The notes under the pieces are model-generated. The model was not told the DNA's origin. It ran no database searches and saw nothing but the letters and a program-made list of their open reading frames with translations. Position numbers and translations under genes: made by a program. A DNA stretch of 32,000 bases from Acaryochloris marina MBIC11017 (GTDB lineage Bacteria; Cyanobacteriota; Cyanobacteriia; Thermosynechococcales; Thermosynechococcaceae), in contig NC_009932.1 in NCBI RefSeq assembly GCF_000018105.1, positions 123,111 through 155,110 of the forward strand, in the 5' to 3' direction. Numbering within the stretch: position 1 is the first letter of the stretch; each line of letters starts with the position of its first letter. Positions 8,455 through 17,900 of this stretch are shown in pieces.

Positions 8455-8756
8455 ACGCAGCCACAAACAAATTAACCCCATCAACACAGCCCAAAGCTGT
8501 ATTGCAACCCTTATCACAGCAATATCAATTCCAATCCCACGATCCTAGCCATGAAAGGGCACTGGGATTTGGTGATAGTCCATCGGCTTTGGCTTTATTC
8601 TGTGATCGTTCCAAAACAAGCACTTGGTATATCCTCGATAAAGACTCTGAACCTGTTGAGCTACTGAAGCCTGCTTTAACGGGTTACCTGATCAGCATCG
8701 AGTTCGTTCCCAAGGAATTCAGAGGAAAGCCTTCGGGTCGGTTCAAATCAGGGTAA
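8451..8756 (+). CDS. hypothetical protein
   Basis: 101-aa ORF whose ATG overlaps the previous stop (ATGA). It is the last gene of the operon. Confidence 0.5.
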   Translation: MNAATNKLTPSTQPKAVLQPLSQQYQFQSHDPSHERALGFGDSPSALALFCDRSKTSTWYILDKDSEPVELLKPALTGYLISIEFVPKEFRGKPSGRFKSG

Positions 8757-8831
8757 CGCTTTCACTTAATGGGAAAAAGGCTGCATCTGCTTCTGTACAA
8801 GAGCTTTAGGGTTTTTGGTTATATAAAAGTG

Positions 8832-9131
8832 TTACCCTGACATCCTAGAACTTGAACCATGCCGTTCTTTGTTTGGATCAGCACTTTCAGAATCAATCTG
8901 AGCAGATGGTTTGACCGCTGCTGTCGGCACTGGATCATATCCGCCAGGGTGAAAGGGGTGGCAACGACTAATTCGTTTCAACGCCAACCAGCTTCCCTTG
9001 AGGACTCCCCAAGTTGATATTGCTTCAATGGCGTAAGCTGAACAAGTCGGCTGAAAACGGCAAGACGGGAGAAATAAAGGCGAAATGAATCGCCGATAAA
9101 ACTGAATTAATCCAATTAATAGCGTTTTCAT
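8832..9131 (-). CDS. yidD: membrane protein insertion efficiency factor YidD
   Basis: [62 protein letters not shown] is the canonical YidD sequence pattern. Confidence 0.9.
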   Translation of the reverse strand: MKTLLIGLIQFYRRFISPLFLPSCRFQPTCSAYAIEAISTWGVLKGSWLALKRISRCHPFHPGGYDPVPTAAVKPSAQIDSESADPNKERHGSSSRMSG

Positions 9132-9460
9132 ACAACTAACTCAAACAGGGGTAGACCATAAGCCTATCCCTATTTAACAATGAAAATATTGAATATGGAG
9201 TGGGTCTATGATCCCTATTCTTCCAACCTGTAATTACCACAGGGCTTGAATGGGCTCAGACGGAATGGGATCAGGTCCTGCACCACCAATCCGAACATCC
9301 TGATCATCGATCATATCTATCGGTTGATTAGTTTTCATGGCGTTCTCCTGTCCCTTAGAAACAAGTACTTATCTAGGTTTCACCCTAACTTGAGACCTGA
9401 TGAGTTGACCTACCCAAATATCTACATCACTGATTAAGGTATCCACACCGGATAGATGAC

Positions 9461-9670
9461 TTATACAGCCAGTGGACCTAGCAACTCAGGCCGTTTCTGC
9501 AGTCGATGTGCATTAATGGGGTCTTGCAGTATCACCGCTTTTCGGGGTTGTTCCACTGATACTTCTTCTAGGTTGGGAAAGTCTTGCCAACAATAGTGGC
9601 AAAACCAGCAGATTTGCCCATGACTAATGTGAGGGAGGAGTTCATGGGAGCAAATGGGACAGTCAAACAT
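9461..9670 (-). CDS. small Cys-rich zinc-ribbon-like protein, paralog of 15..245
   Basis: The internal ATG at 9670 gives MFDCPICSHELLPHISHGQICWFCHYCWQDFP..., colinear with the 15..245 product. The 36 codons the track adds upstream (to 9778) have no counterpart in the paralog. Confidence 0.55.
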   Translation of the reverse strand: MFDCPICSHELLPHISHGQICWFCHYCWQDFPNLEEVSVEQPRKAVILQDPINAHRLQKRPELLGPLAV

Positions 9671-10223
9671 TGAGAAACCTCTGGCGTAGATTGTCTCACC
9701 CAGAATCATAGGTGAGTGCCCTGCGTTACGAAGGATAGTTGATAAAGTTGAGAATCCTATGAAGATGATTGAAAACAAACGACTTTCACTGGGCTAAAGG
9801 TTGCAGAGAAAGGCATTGTTCAAATTCTAGGATGCCAGGGGAAAACTTTTATACGGCCAAAAATCCCTGAAGTCCTTAAGCAGCAGTAGCGGCAGCCTCT
9901 ATCTCCCGAGTCATAGATTAGAATGAGCCATCAGCCTATCAGGCTGGCGGTGATCCCTCAATTTTGACTACTTTCTAACAAACGACAAACTAAAAGGCTG
10001 GAGTCATTTTAGTGCGTGTCGGTGGAATAATTTGCAGTGAAAGGGTTTAAGGCAATTTGACCCATGGAATGAAACCCAAAATATGTTGATCGCTATAGTC
10101 ACGTTGTTATCCGCTGAGTGAAAACGGTGGAGCTAAATGGTCAATGGGAACAGCTTTGGTTCCCTCAAATCGTTGCAGAGAAAGAAAACCTAGAAAAATT
10201 TACAGGTGGACAACTTCAATAAA

Positions 10224-10871
10224 TCAGCTCTTTGATGTCCGTCTTTGTTTAATAAAAAGAACTATGCATATTAGACAAAATATTACTCCAATCACAAAGG
10301 TGGTATATCCTAAAATTACAAGGAAGGTCACATCCATCCATAAGTAATGAGTATTGATGCTGTTGCTACTTTGGATATTTAGTTGAAACGAAAGATATTC
10401 GCTCAGACCTGCTTCATTTTTTACTGATAATCGATAAATATTATTCTTTGAGAAAGATATAGTATTAGAACTAAGTATTAAAATGTCATTGTATTTTTTA
10501 CAAGAAAACTTTTCTGATATTAACTTATTTTTAGTGCTTTTATTCTTTCCTTTTATTGAAGATAGTCTTGGCTTAATAAGCTCAATAATATTACAATCTA
10601 TTTCTAGTAACTCTGAATTATTAATTTTAAAGATGACATTATATCGATTTTCAGAAATATCATAATTCGTTTCAATATCAAAATATATACTATCATTAGA
10701 TTTTAAGAGTATATTTTTAGTTAAAGGTTTAATAGTATAAATCTTTTCTTCCCACTTATAATAGATAAAGATAGATAAGAAAATAAAGAATAGCCCTATT
10801 ATTCCTATTTTTTTATTTTTCATGAAGAATATACTAAAGACAGCAAAAACTAAGAGAACATGCCTACTCAT
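10224..10871 (-). CDS. hypothetical membrane protein in an AT-rich islet
   Basis: 215-aa ORF with hydrophobic segments at both ends (VLLVFAVFSIFF.., IGIIGLFFIFLSIFIYY, FLVILGYTTFVIGVIFCLICIVLFI) and an N/K/I/S-rich middle. Two 60-nt lines I counted had 20% and 32% G+C. Confidence 0.5.
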   Translation of the reverse strand: MSRHVLLVFAVFSIFFMKNKKIGIIGLFFIFLSIFIYYKWEEKIYTIKPLTKNILLKSNDSIYFDIETNYDISENRYNVIFKINNSELLEIDCNIIELIKPRLSSIKGKNKSTKNKLISEKFSCKKYNDILILSSNTISFSKNNIYRLSVKNEAGLSEYLSFQLNIQSSNSINTHYLWMDVTFLVILGYTTFVIGVIFCLICIVLFIKQRRTSKS

Positions 10872-10995
10872 AAAGAGCTGGTCGCACCTGGTGCTGCATT
10901 GGCAGATCTCGTGGTGTCGGGTGAGGGAGATGTAGAGGGAACTGTAGAGAAGATATTAGCGAGATTCTTGGATTTAGGGTCGGTTTAACCCCATA

Positions 10996-11412
10996 TCAAT
11001 CCTCACATAAGGGCACTCCATCACTGGGTTCATTCGTTGCAGATCCCACCCGTAATCGATGCCCATCAGGATCTTCAATATTCATTTCTCGCATTCCCCA
11101 AGAGAAATTAGTAGGTGCTTGCCGAATCTTGGCTCCTTTCGCTTTGTAATCAATGAATAACGCATCAACATCAGCCACGAATATTGATATCCATGTTCCA
11201 GGCTGCCCTTGTGCCCCCTGACATAAAAAGATGCAAACGTCATCTCTGGAAACAGATGCAAAAGTCGGTGGATCGCCCCAGTCCCAATCTTTTTGAAAGC
11301 CAAGAACATTGACATAGTAATCAATACTCGTAGGAATACTACTGACATTGAGTATGGGAGAAAGGCCCGAAAATTGGTTCTGAGCCATACTTTCTTTAGG
11401 TGTGCTAGTCAT
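10996..11412 (-). CDS. VOC (glyoxalase/bleomycin-resistance) family protein
   Basis: LSPILNVSSIPTSIDYYVNVLGFQKDWDWGDPPTFASVSRDD...APTNFSWGMREMNIEDPDGHRLRVGS is typical of the bleomycin-resistance/glyoxalase fold. Confidence 0.85.
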   Translation of the reverse strand: MTSTPKESMAQNQFSGLSPILNVSSIPTSIDYYVNVLGFQKDWDWGDPPTFASVSRDDVCIFLCQGAQGQPGTWISIFVADVDALFIDYKAKGAKIRQAPTNFSWGMREMNIEDPDGHRLRVGSATNEPSDGVPLCED

Positions 11413-11510
11413 ACTAATCCTCTGCTCATCAAAGATCTATCGGCTTTAAGTCTTGCCTAGAAAATAATCAGTACTGTAGAGAAAATAGTTCATTTGTGCT
11501 AAGTATAAAC

Positions 11511-11524
11511 AGTACATATGAACC
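11511..11524 (+). promoter_or_regulatory. candidate LexA (SOS) box upstream of umuDC
   Basis: AGTACATATGAACC versus the published cyanobacterial consensus RGTACNNNDGTWCB shows one mismatch (GAAC instead of GTWC). It lies 7 nt upstream of the umuD ATG. Confidence 0.25.
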
Positions 11525-11530
11525 ATAATA

Positions 11531-11962
11531 ATGCTTATTCGATCAGTTCATGCTGTTGAGTGGGCCGATCCTGTCTGCCTGCCTATATTTAGCGCTCCAG
11601 TTTCTGCTGGTTTCCCCAGCCCAGCCGACGACCATTTGCAGAAAAATCTGAATTTACAAGATGCCTTGATTCCTCGACCCGCCGCGACCTTTCTGATGCG
11701 AGTCGAGGGGGATTCGATGGAAGGCTGTGGGATATTCTCTGGGGATTTGTTGGTTGTGGATCGCTCCATTGATCCAGTGGATGGAGCTGTAGTGATAGCG
11801 GTTCTAGAAGGTGAGTTTACAGTGAAGCGGCTCCGTAAAACCCAAGGAAAAATTTTGCTGACTGCTGAGAACCCAGACTATCCTCCCATCACTGTGCAAA
11901 GGGGAATGGATTTCTCTGTCTGGGGGGTCGTTACATTTGTGGTTCACGGGTTAGAAGCTTGA
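11531..11962 (+). CDS. umuD: translesion polymerase V autoproteolytic subunit UmuD (S24 peptidase)
   Basis: Ala-Gly cleavage context (VSAGFPSPADD), catalytic Ser in EGDSMEG and Lys in FTVKRL. The gene overlaps umuC. Confidence 0.9.
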   Translation: MLIRSVHAVEWADPVCLPIFSAPVSAGFPSPADDHLQKNLNLQDALIPRPAATFLMRVEGDSMEGCGIFSGDLLVVDRSIDPVDGAVVIAVLEGEFTVKRLRKTQGKILLTAENPDYPPITVQRGMDFSVWGVVTFVVHGLEA

Positions 11963-13224
11963 AACGATATCTGATCGGGCTTTGTGACTGTAACTCTTTC
12001 TACGCAAGTTGTGAGTCAGCTCTGAACCCTCGCTTGCAGCATAAGCCCGTGGTCATCGCTTCTAACAATGATGGGGTTGTTGTGACAGCCAATGCAAAAG
12101 CTAAAGCCTTAGGTCTGGTTATGGGTGTGCCCTTGTTCAAAGTCCAAGAGCTGATCAAGAAACACGATGTTAGAGTTTTCAGCTCCAACTATGCGTTGTA
12201 TGGTGATTTGTCCTCACGAGTGATGACGATTCTGGAGACCTTTACACCAGAGCAAGAGATCTATTCCATTGATGAATGCTTTATGCGAATGCCGGAATTT
12301 GCTGAGGCTACGACATACTCTCATAAGGTGCGTAAAACGGTGTTGCAATGGACGGGGATTCCTGTGTCCATTGGCATTGCAACTTCCAAGACTCTCTCAA
12401 AGATTGCCAATCATGTAGCAAAAAAGCAAAAGCAGTATGGTGGGGTGTTTGATATTTCCACTGCCCGTAATGCTGAGGGGATTTTGGCTACCTTTCCAGT
12501 CGCAGATATCTGGGGGATTGGTCGCCAATACAATAAGTGGTTGTTAAGCCAAGGGATTGAGACAGCGAAGGAGCTGCGGGATGCTAACGAGGGGCTAATC
12601 CGCAAAAAAATGGGCGTGGTGGGGGTGAGGATGATCCATGAGTTGCGAGGTATTTCATGTTTGCCCCTGGAGCTGGTTGCTAAACCAAAGAAGGAAACTT
12701 GCGTCTCTCGCTCTTTCGGTCAGCCAGTGACGGAGTTAGCGGATTTGCAGGAAGCGATTGCGGCCTATGCATCTAGGGCAGCGGAGAAGCTACGCCATCA
12801 AGAACAAGTATCAGAGGCAATGGTTGTCTTCGTGCGGACAAGCCCTTTTAAGCCAGGATATTTTCGCCAATCTGCTACTGTGCAATTCCCCATAGCGACC
12901 AACTATACTCCAACAATTGTGGAATCTGCTCGTAATGCGATGAAGCGAATCTATGAACCGGGTCGAGAATTTCAAAAAGCGGGGGTGCTGATGGTGGGTT
13001 TGTGTCCTGAGACGACTATCCAAGGGCACCTCTGGGAGAAGGATGAGGGTTGGGAGAAACGGAAGCGCCTGATGTCGATCATGGATGAAGTGAATGATCG
13101 GTTTGGCCGTGGAACGCTGGAGATTGCTGCGTCGGGGCTAAGGCAGACCTGGCGAATGCAGTCGAAGTGGCGATCACCGAGGTATACGACGTGTTGGGCT
13201 GAGCTGCCAGTGGTGAGTTGTTGA
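11959..13224 (+). CDS. umuC: Y-family DNA polymerase V catalytic subunit UmuC
   Basis: LCDCNSFYASCE...VVIASNNDG..V....AKALG...G.P.F...SSNYALYGDLS..V......IYSIDECF is the canonical UmuC/ImpB N-terminus. The TTG start overlaps the umuD stop. Confidence 0.92.
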   Translation: MKRYLIGLCDCNSFYASCESALNPRLQHKPVVIASNNDGVVVTANAKAKALGLVMGVPLFKVQELIKKHDVRVFSSNYALYGDLSSRVMTILETFTPEQEIYSIDECFMRMPEFAEATTYSHKVRKTVLQWTGIPVSIGIATSKTLSKIANHVAKKQKQYGGVFDISTARNAEGILATFPVADIWGIGRQYNKWLLSQGIETAKELRDANEGLIRKKMGVVGVRMIHELRGISCLPLELVAKPKKETCVSRSFGQPVTELADLQEAIAAYASRAAEKLRHQEQVSEAMVVFVRTSPFKPGYFRQSATVQFPIATNYTPTIVESARNAMKRIYEPGREFQKAGVLMVGLCPETTIQGHLWEKDEGWEKRKRLMSIMDEVNDRFGRGTLEIAASGLRQTWRMQSKWRSPRYTTCWAELPVVSC

Positions 13225-13288
13225 GGGGAATTGCAGATAGGCAAATTGTAAGACTGATCCTGGTGATTTGATGTAGACCATCTTCTCG

Positions 13289-14404
13289 CTATCCGACATT
13301 CTGAAAGAGAATCGATAAACGAGTAATCAAAGCTCCAAGAAGAACATAGCCGATTAATACTTGAGACATGACTAGAAATTGACCAGTAATACTCAAAGGG
13401 TGTGCATGGATTTCACCAAAGCCCAGAGTCGTCATTGTAACAACGGAAAAATATAGCGACCTAAACCAAAGCTCAAACAAACAAATAAACCCCAAATTTT
13501 TCTTGCATAAACTTTGGTTCAAAATATCATCGCTAAAATCAACTAAAAATGGGTTAGCGAAAGGTGTAGGCCAAGAATCTCCATCAGGTGCTGGAGTTCC
13601 TATAAGATATGCAATTGAAAAAAATAGAGAACAGCCTACAAAAGTACAGATAATCTTTGTTGTAGAACTACCATAGTCAGATATCCACCAGAAAATTCTA
13701 ATTACTTGTGTATAAGCAGAAACAAAAATATTAATCGCAAAAACAAGAATTAAACTAAGCCCAGGAGTTTCTAGTATTAATGCGGGAATCTTCTGTAAAA
13801 TATTTATTCGCTTGTTGTTTCTTTTGAGCCAATGCAGATAGTGTTTTTTCCATTTGCGCCAATTCGCATATTGTTTGTTCCAGAATATCTTTCGAATATT
13901 TCGTTTCAGCTTTGATTTTATGTGTTCTTCAATTCTGGCACTGTCTAGTCCCACAGCAGAAAAATTAGTTTTGTCATCAATCCTACAATCTGTGATCCCA
14001 GTCTTGCCATCAACAAGTGAGAATTTTGCAATCGTTCCACACAGGTCCACATTGTCGAAAATAGTGCCTCTCAAATCAACACCAGATAAATTAGCTTCAC
14101 TAAGATCAACACACCAAAAATCAATTCCACTTAAATTAGCTAGTCTTAAATCAGCTTTCTTTAGTATGGCTCCAGCTAAATATGATCCAGTCAAGTTTGC
14201 TCCTTTCAAGCAAGCCTTAGTAAGAACTGTTCCACCAAGCAATGATTGACTAAGATTAGCTTCGCTTAATTTAACTCCACTCAAGTTTTTTTCACACAAG
14301 TCTATTTGTGATAAATCAGGTTTTACACCTGGGTGACTTTCCCTCCAGCGATTCCAAGAATCGACTCCGTTCTTTAACTCCACAACATGCTCAGGATTTG
14401 CCAT
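13289..14404 (-). CDS. pentapeptide-repeat / two-TM-pore potassium-channel-like (Ion_trans_2) fusion protein
   Basis: N-terminal A(D/N)LxX repeats (KLSEANLSQSLL..ANLTGSYLAGAILKKADLRLANLSG..DLSEANLSGVDLRG). The C-terminal part has TM helices and a pore signature VVTMTTLGFGE (13412-13435). The gene is AT-rich; one line I counted had 27% G+C. Confidence 0.8.
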   Translation of the reverse strand: MANPEHVVELKNGVDSWNRWRESHPGVKPDLSQIDLCEKNLSGVKLSEANLSQSLLGGTVLTKACLKGANLTGSYLAGAILKKADLRLANLSGIDFWCVDLSEANLSGVDLRGTIFDNVDLCGTIAKFSLVDGKTGITDCRIDDKTNFSAVGLDSARIEEHIKSKLKRNIRKIFWNKQYANWRKWKKHYLHWLKRNNKRINILQKIPALILETPGLSLILVFAINIFVSAYTQVIRIFWWISDYGSSTTKIICTFVGCSLFFSIAYLIGTPAPDGDSWPTPFANPFLVDFSDDILNQSLCKKNLGFICLFELWFRSLYFSVVTMTTLGFGEIHAHPLSITGQFLVMSQVLIGYVLLGALITRLSILFQNVG

Positions 14405-14523
14405 CCTTACCCCAAGAAAACAAAGATAAAATCAAGATAAGCTAAATCTTTTCAATCTATCAAACCCTTCCACCCTAAATGAATCAAAGACACATCCTAT
14501 GATTCATCACCAATAGCAAATCT

Positions 14524-14877
14524 TCACCCTTCCCGATCACCAAAAGAACACTCCACCGTGATTTTGAGATTGCATTCCCCGCTGCCCTTCGTGATGTAAG
14601 GCACTCCCCCCTCACCCGCGACTTTGACCCCGAATTCCAAAGTCACCTTATCTACATTGGCCGTTGCCACCTCTTTGAAAGCATTGAGGGTATAGGCCGT
14701 ATAGGTGCGAATCGTCCCCTGCATGGCCTGGAAGTTTTTCAAGGCCACATCACCCATGCCTTTCGAGGTGCGGGTGGTCCCTTCAGACTCAGGCTGTGGA
14801 TGTGCTGATACATCATCCTCCGCTTCGATATAGATCACGGTTCCATCATTGAGGTGGATCGGGGCTAATTGGGTCAT
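14524..14877 (-). CDS. trypco2-like (trypsin-co-occurring domain 2 / CU044_2847-family-like) small protein
   Basis: The N-terminal LAPIHLNDGTVIYIEAEDD and C-terminal VTLEFGVKVAGEGGVPYITKGSGECNLKITVECSF match the trypco2 pattern described in comparative-genomics work on NTPase-dependent conflict systems. The gene is divergent from the caspase-STAND gene across a 92-bp spacer. Confidence 0.65.
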   Translation of the reverse strand: MTQLAPIHLNDGTVIYIEAEDDVSAHPQPESEGTTRTSKGMGDVALKNFQAMQGTIRTYTAYTLNAFKEVATANVDKVTLEFGVKVAGEGGVPYITKGSGECNLKITVECSFGDREG

Positions 14878-14969
14878 GGATTGGCTCTCGCGGTAAGATA
14901 CGGCAATAGTGATACTGCATGGTCGAAAACATTCTATGGTGATATCAAATCCGCTGCTTATCTCAACTT

Positions 14970-17900
14970 ATGAGCCGAGATGCCCTCATTGTTGGAATTA
15001 ACCGCTATCAGTATCTCCCGGATCTGAAAGCCCCTGCCCTGGATGCAGAAGCCATTGCACAACGGTTGGAGGACGATGGAGAGTTCGATACTCTTTACCG
15101 ATTACCGGAGATAATAATCCAAGGGGAAACGAAAAAGCCTGAGATTGGTGAAAAGGGATCTGTTTTTATCACGAAATTAAAGCAAGCATTAACGCAACTC
15201 TTTTTACCTAAAAGCCAACAAATACCCAAAACAGCTCTGTTTTACTTTTCTGGACATGGCTTGCCAGATCAAGATTTAGTGGGGGTTGATAAAGGTTATT
15301 TGGCTGCAAGTGATACCAATAAAAACAACCCTAGTTCGGGTCTGTCCCTGCTTTGGCTGCAATCATTACTATCCAAAAGCCCTATCCAGCAACAAATTAT
15401 CTGGTTAGATTGCTGTCATAGTGGTTCGATCCTTGTCAATGTCGGGGCAGCCAACCCTGGACATGGAGAAAGTAAAGACCGCTGTTTTATTGCCTCATCA
15501 CGGGACTTTGAAGAGTCTTGGGAGGACTTGAATAGTCCCTATAGTGTGCTTACCAAGGCGTTACTGGATGGGTTAGATCCCAAGCCTTTACCAGGACGTT
15601 GGATCGATACTTTTTCCCTGGTGGATTATGTCAACCAAGCACTGAAAGGAGAACTGCAAACCCCCGTCTGTACCAACTTTGGGGAAGCCATTAATCTCAC
15701 CCGGAGCTGGCAAGTCCAAGAAGAATCAACCAGTGTAAGTCAAGTTGATAGCGGTATTTGCCCCTACAAAGGATTGGAGTTTTTTGACTGCAATGATGAA
15801 GACCCCAAATACTTCTATGGCCGGGAGCAGTTGGTGGGTCAGCTCCTCGATCAGGTGCGAACCTCTAACTTTCTGGCATTGGTAGGGGCTTCCGGGAATG
15901 GTAAATCTTCAGTTCTGCGAGCTGGGTTGCTGCACCAACTGAAGCTGGGGCGACGTATTTCAGGGAGTGAACAGTGGCGAATTCGGATTGCTCGACCGGA
16001 TCGCCAACCGATACAGAATCTAGCCCTGGCCTTTGTCGAAGAGGGATTGTCCGATGGAGATAGGGCAATTGCTTTGGATAAGGTGGTTGGATTATTGGAT
16101 AAAGGGACTGCGGGATTACAGCGATTAGTCCAGGCATCTGCTGCACCTCGAACGGTTCTGGTGATTGACCAATTTGAAGAGGTCTTTACCCGCTGCGAGA
16201 ACCCAGAGGAACGAGAGCATTTCTTTGCTTGTTTGATGGGAGCTTTGTTAGATGTAGACAACAAGCTTTGCCTGATCATCGCCATGCGGGCAGACTTTAT
16301 CGTCAAATGTATGGAGCAGGAATATAGTGGCTTGGCCCGACTGATTGATCAGCAAATGGTCAGTGTGTTGCCAATGAAGACCAATGAGTTAAGGGCTGCG
16401 ATTTGTAGACCAGCAGAACAGGTGGACCTACAAGTTGAATCTGCCCTGGTCACTGAAATACTAAACGATATCGAAGGGGCACCGGGTAGTCTACCGTTGT
16501 TGCAATACACCCTGAAAGAACTTTGGAATCAGCGACAGGACAATCAACTAACCTTCGCCTCCTATCAAATTTTAGGCGGAATCCAAGGCACGTTGGATCA
16601 ACGGGCGACGGCTATCTATAACAGCTTTGATAAAGCAGAACAGCAGACAGTTCAGCATATTTTTCAGCAATTGACTCAGTTGGGGGAAGGCACGGAAGAT
16701 ACTCGGCGGCGAGTATTTCAGGATGACTTGATAACGGAGCCAAAGCATCCAGCTCAGCGAGTACAGCAGGTCATTGAACGACTATCTAGCCCCGAGAATC
16801 GCCTGATCGTCACCAGTGAAGTGGTCAGCAAATCCGACCAATCCACCCGCATGTCGATTGTGGATGTGGCTCATGAAGCCCTGATCCGTCACTGGAAGCT
16901 ACTTCGGCAATGGATTGAGCTGAATCGAGACTTACTGAGGAAGCAACGCAGGATTGAGGCTAGTGCGATCTCATGGCGAAATCAGGGGCAAAAGTCTGGG
17001 TATCTATTGCAGGGACTACCACTGATTGAAGCCATTCAATTTAACAAGGATAAGTCTGTGACTTTTCCCTTGTCAGACAATAGCAAAGCTTTTATCCAGA
17101 AAAGTGTCAGAGAACGCCGATTGAATCAGCTTAAGGCTGGAGCATGGTTGATTGTCCCAGCATTACTGATTCTCATCGTTAGCGAGTATATTATTCGAGA
17201 AAGTGGTGTCAGTAGAAACTACGTTCAATTGGACGGGGCAAGATCCACTGGAGAGAAACAAGCAGTTGATAGCTTAGTGGGAGGATGCAATGCTCAAAAA
17301 GAGGTACAGTGGCTACCAAGTTATTTAGCAGAACGTTTATTTGGGAATTGTCGCCCTCTGATACAAGCTCAGTTGGAGCATGCCAAACTCCGCCATGCTG
17401 ACCTCCGCAGCGCCATTCTAATTCGTGCCAACCTTTTCGCGGCTGACCTCAACTTTACCGACTTTAGCGATGCCGACCTTCGCTACGCTGATCTCCGCCG
17501 AACCGACCTCAACTTCACTGATTTTAACCACGCCAATCTCAATTTCACCAAGTTGGGTAATGCCAACCTCAACGGTACGAACCTCAGTGATGCCAACCTC
17601 ATCGGCACCAACCTATACAGCGCTGATCTACGCAACGCCATTCTCATTCGCGCCAACCTATTCAGTACCAATCTTAGTAACGTCAATCTCTATAGCGCTG
17701 ACCTAAGTAGTACCGACATGAGCAGTGCCAACTTAAGTAACGCCGATCTTATCCGAGCTAACCTCAGTGGTGCTGACCTCCACAATACCGATCTTTTCTA
17801 CGCCAACCTTAGTAACGCCAACCTTAGTAACGCCAACCTCAGCAATGCTATATTATTGAGTTCAAATCTTCGAGAGACAAAAAATCTCACCCAAGCTCAG

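Noticed and set aside
3923-8548. Other shadow ORFs in the cassette (3923..4165, 6211..6543, 6374..6610, 7518..7871, 7745..7975, 8245..8517, 8297..8548), plus 11082..11348, 11548..11769, 12000..12188, 12411..12605, 12811..13029, 12972..13244 and 13854..14249 elsewhere.
   Set aside because: Each overlaps a better-supported gene on the other strand or in another frame. Those genes have recognisable motifs, operon-consistent spacing, or both.
8735-8760. A ggttcaaatc string resembling a tRNA T-loop.
   Set aside because: The flanking bases do not form a T-stem, and no acceptor or anticodon arms could be built. It lies inside the 8451..8756 ORF.
291-8814. 9-bp inverted match aaaccctaa (291-299) / ttagggttt (8806-8814) near the two ends of the phage-like cassette, considered as possible terminal inverted repeats.
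   Set aside because: It is too short. A 9-mer match between two border regions of about 100-250 bp is not far from chance expectation, and it does not extend further. Comparative data would be needed.
9246-9437. 63-aa plus-strand ORF between yidD and the zinc-ribbon gene.
   Set aside because: It has no RBS or motif and low-complexity content. It is most likely a chance ORF in an intergenic region.
9780-10140. A 360-bp intergenic region with a small hairpin (cagcct-atc-aggctg near 9934-9948), examined for a tRNA, tmRNA or other structured RNA.
   Set aside because: I could not recognise a cloverleaf, a T-loop consensus or any known ncRNA signature by eye. A covariance-model scan (Rfam/Infernal) would be needed.
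10144-10665. Plus-strand ORFs 10144..10347 and 10483..10665 in the AT-rich islet.
   Set aside because: They are antisense to the longer 10224..10871 ORF, which has coherent TM-segment organisation.
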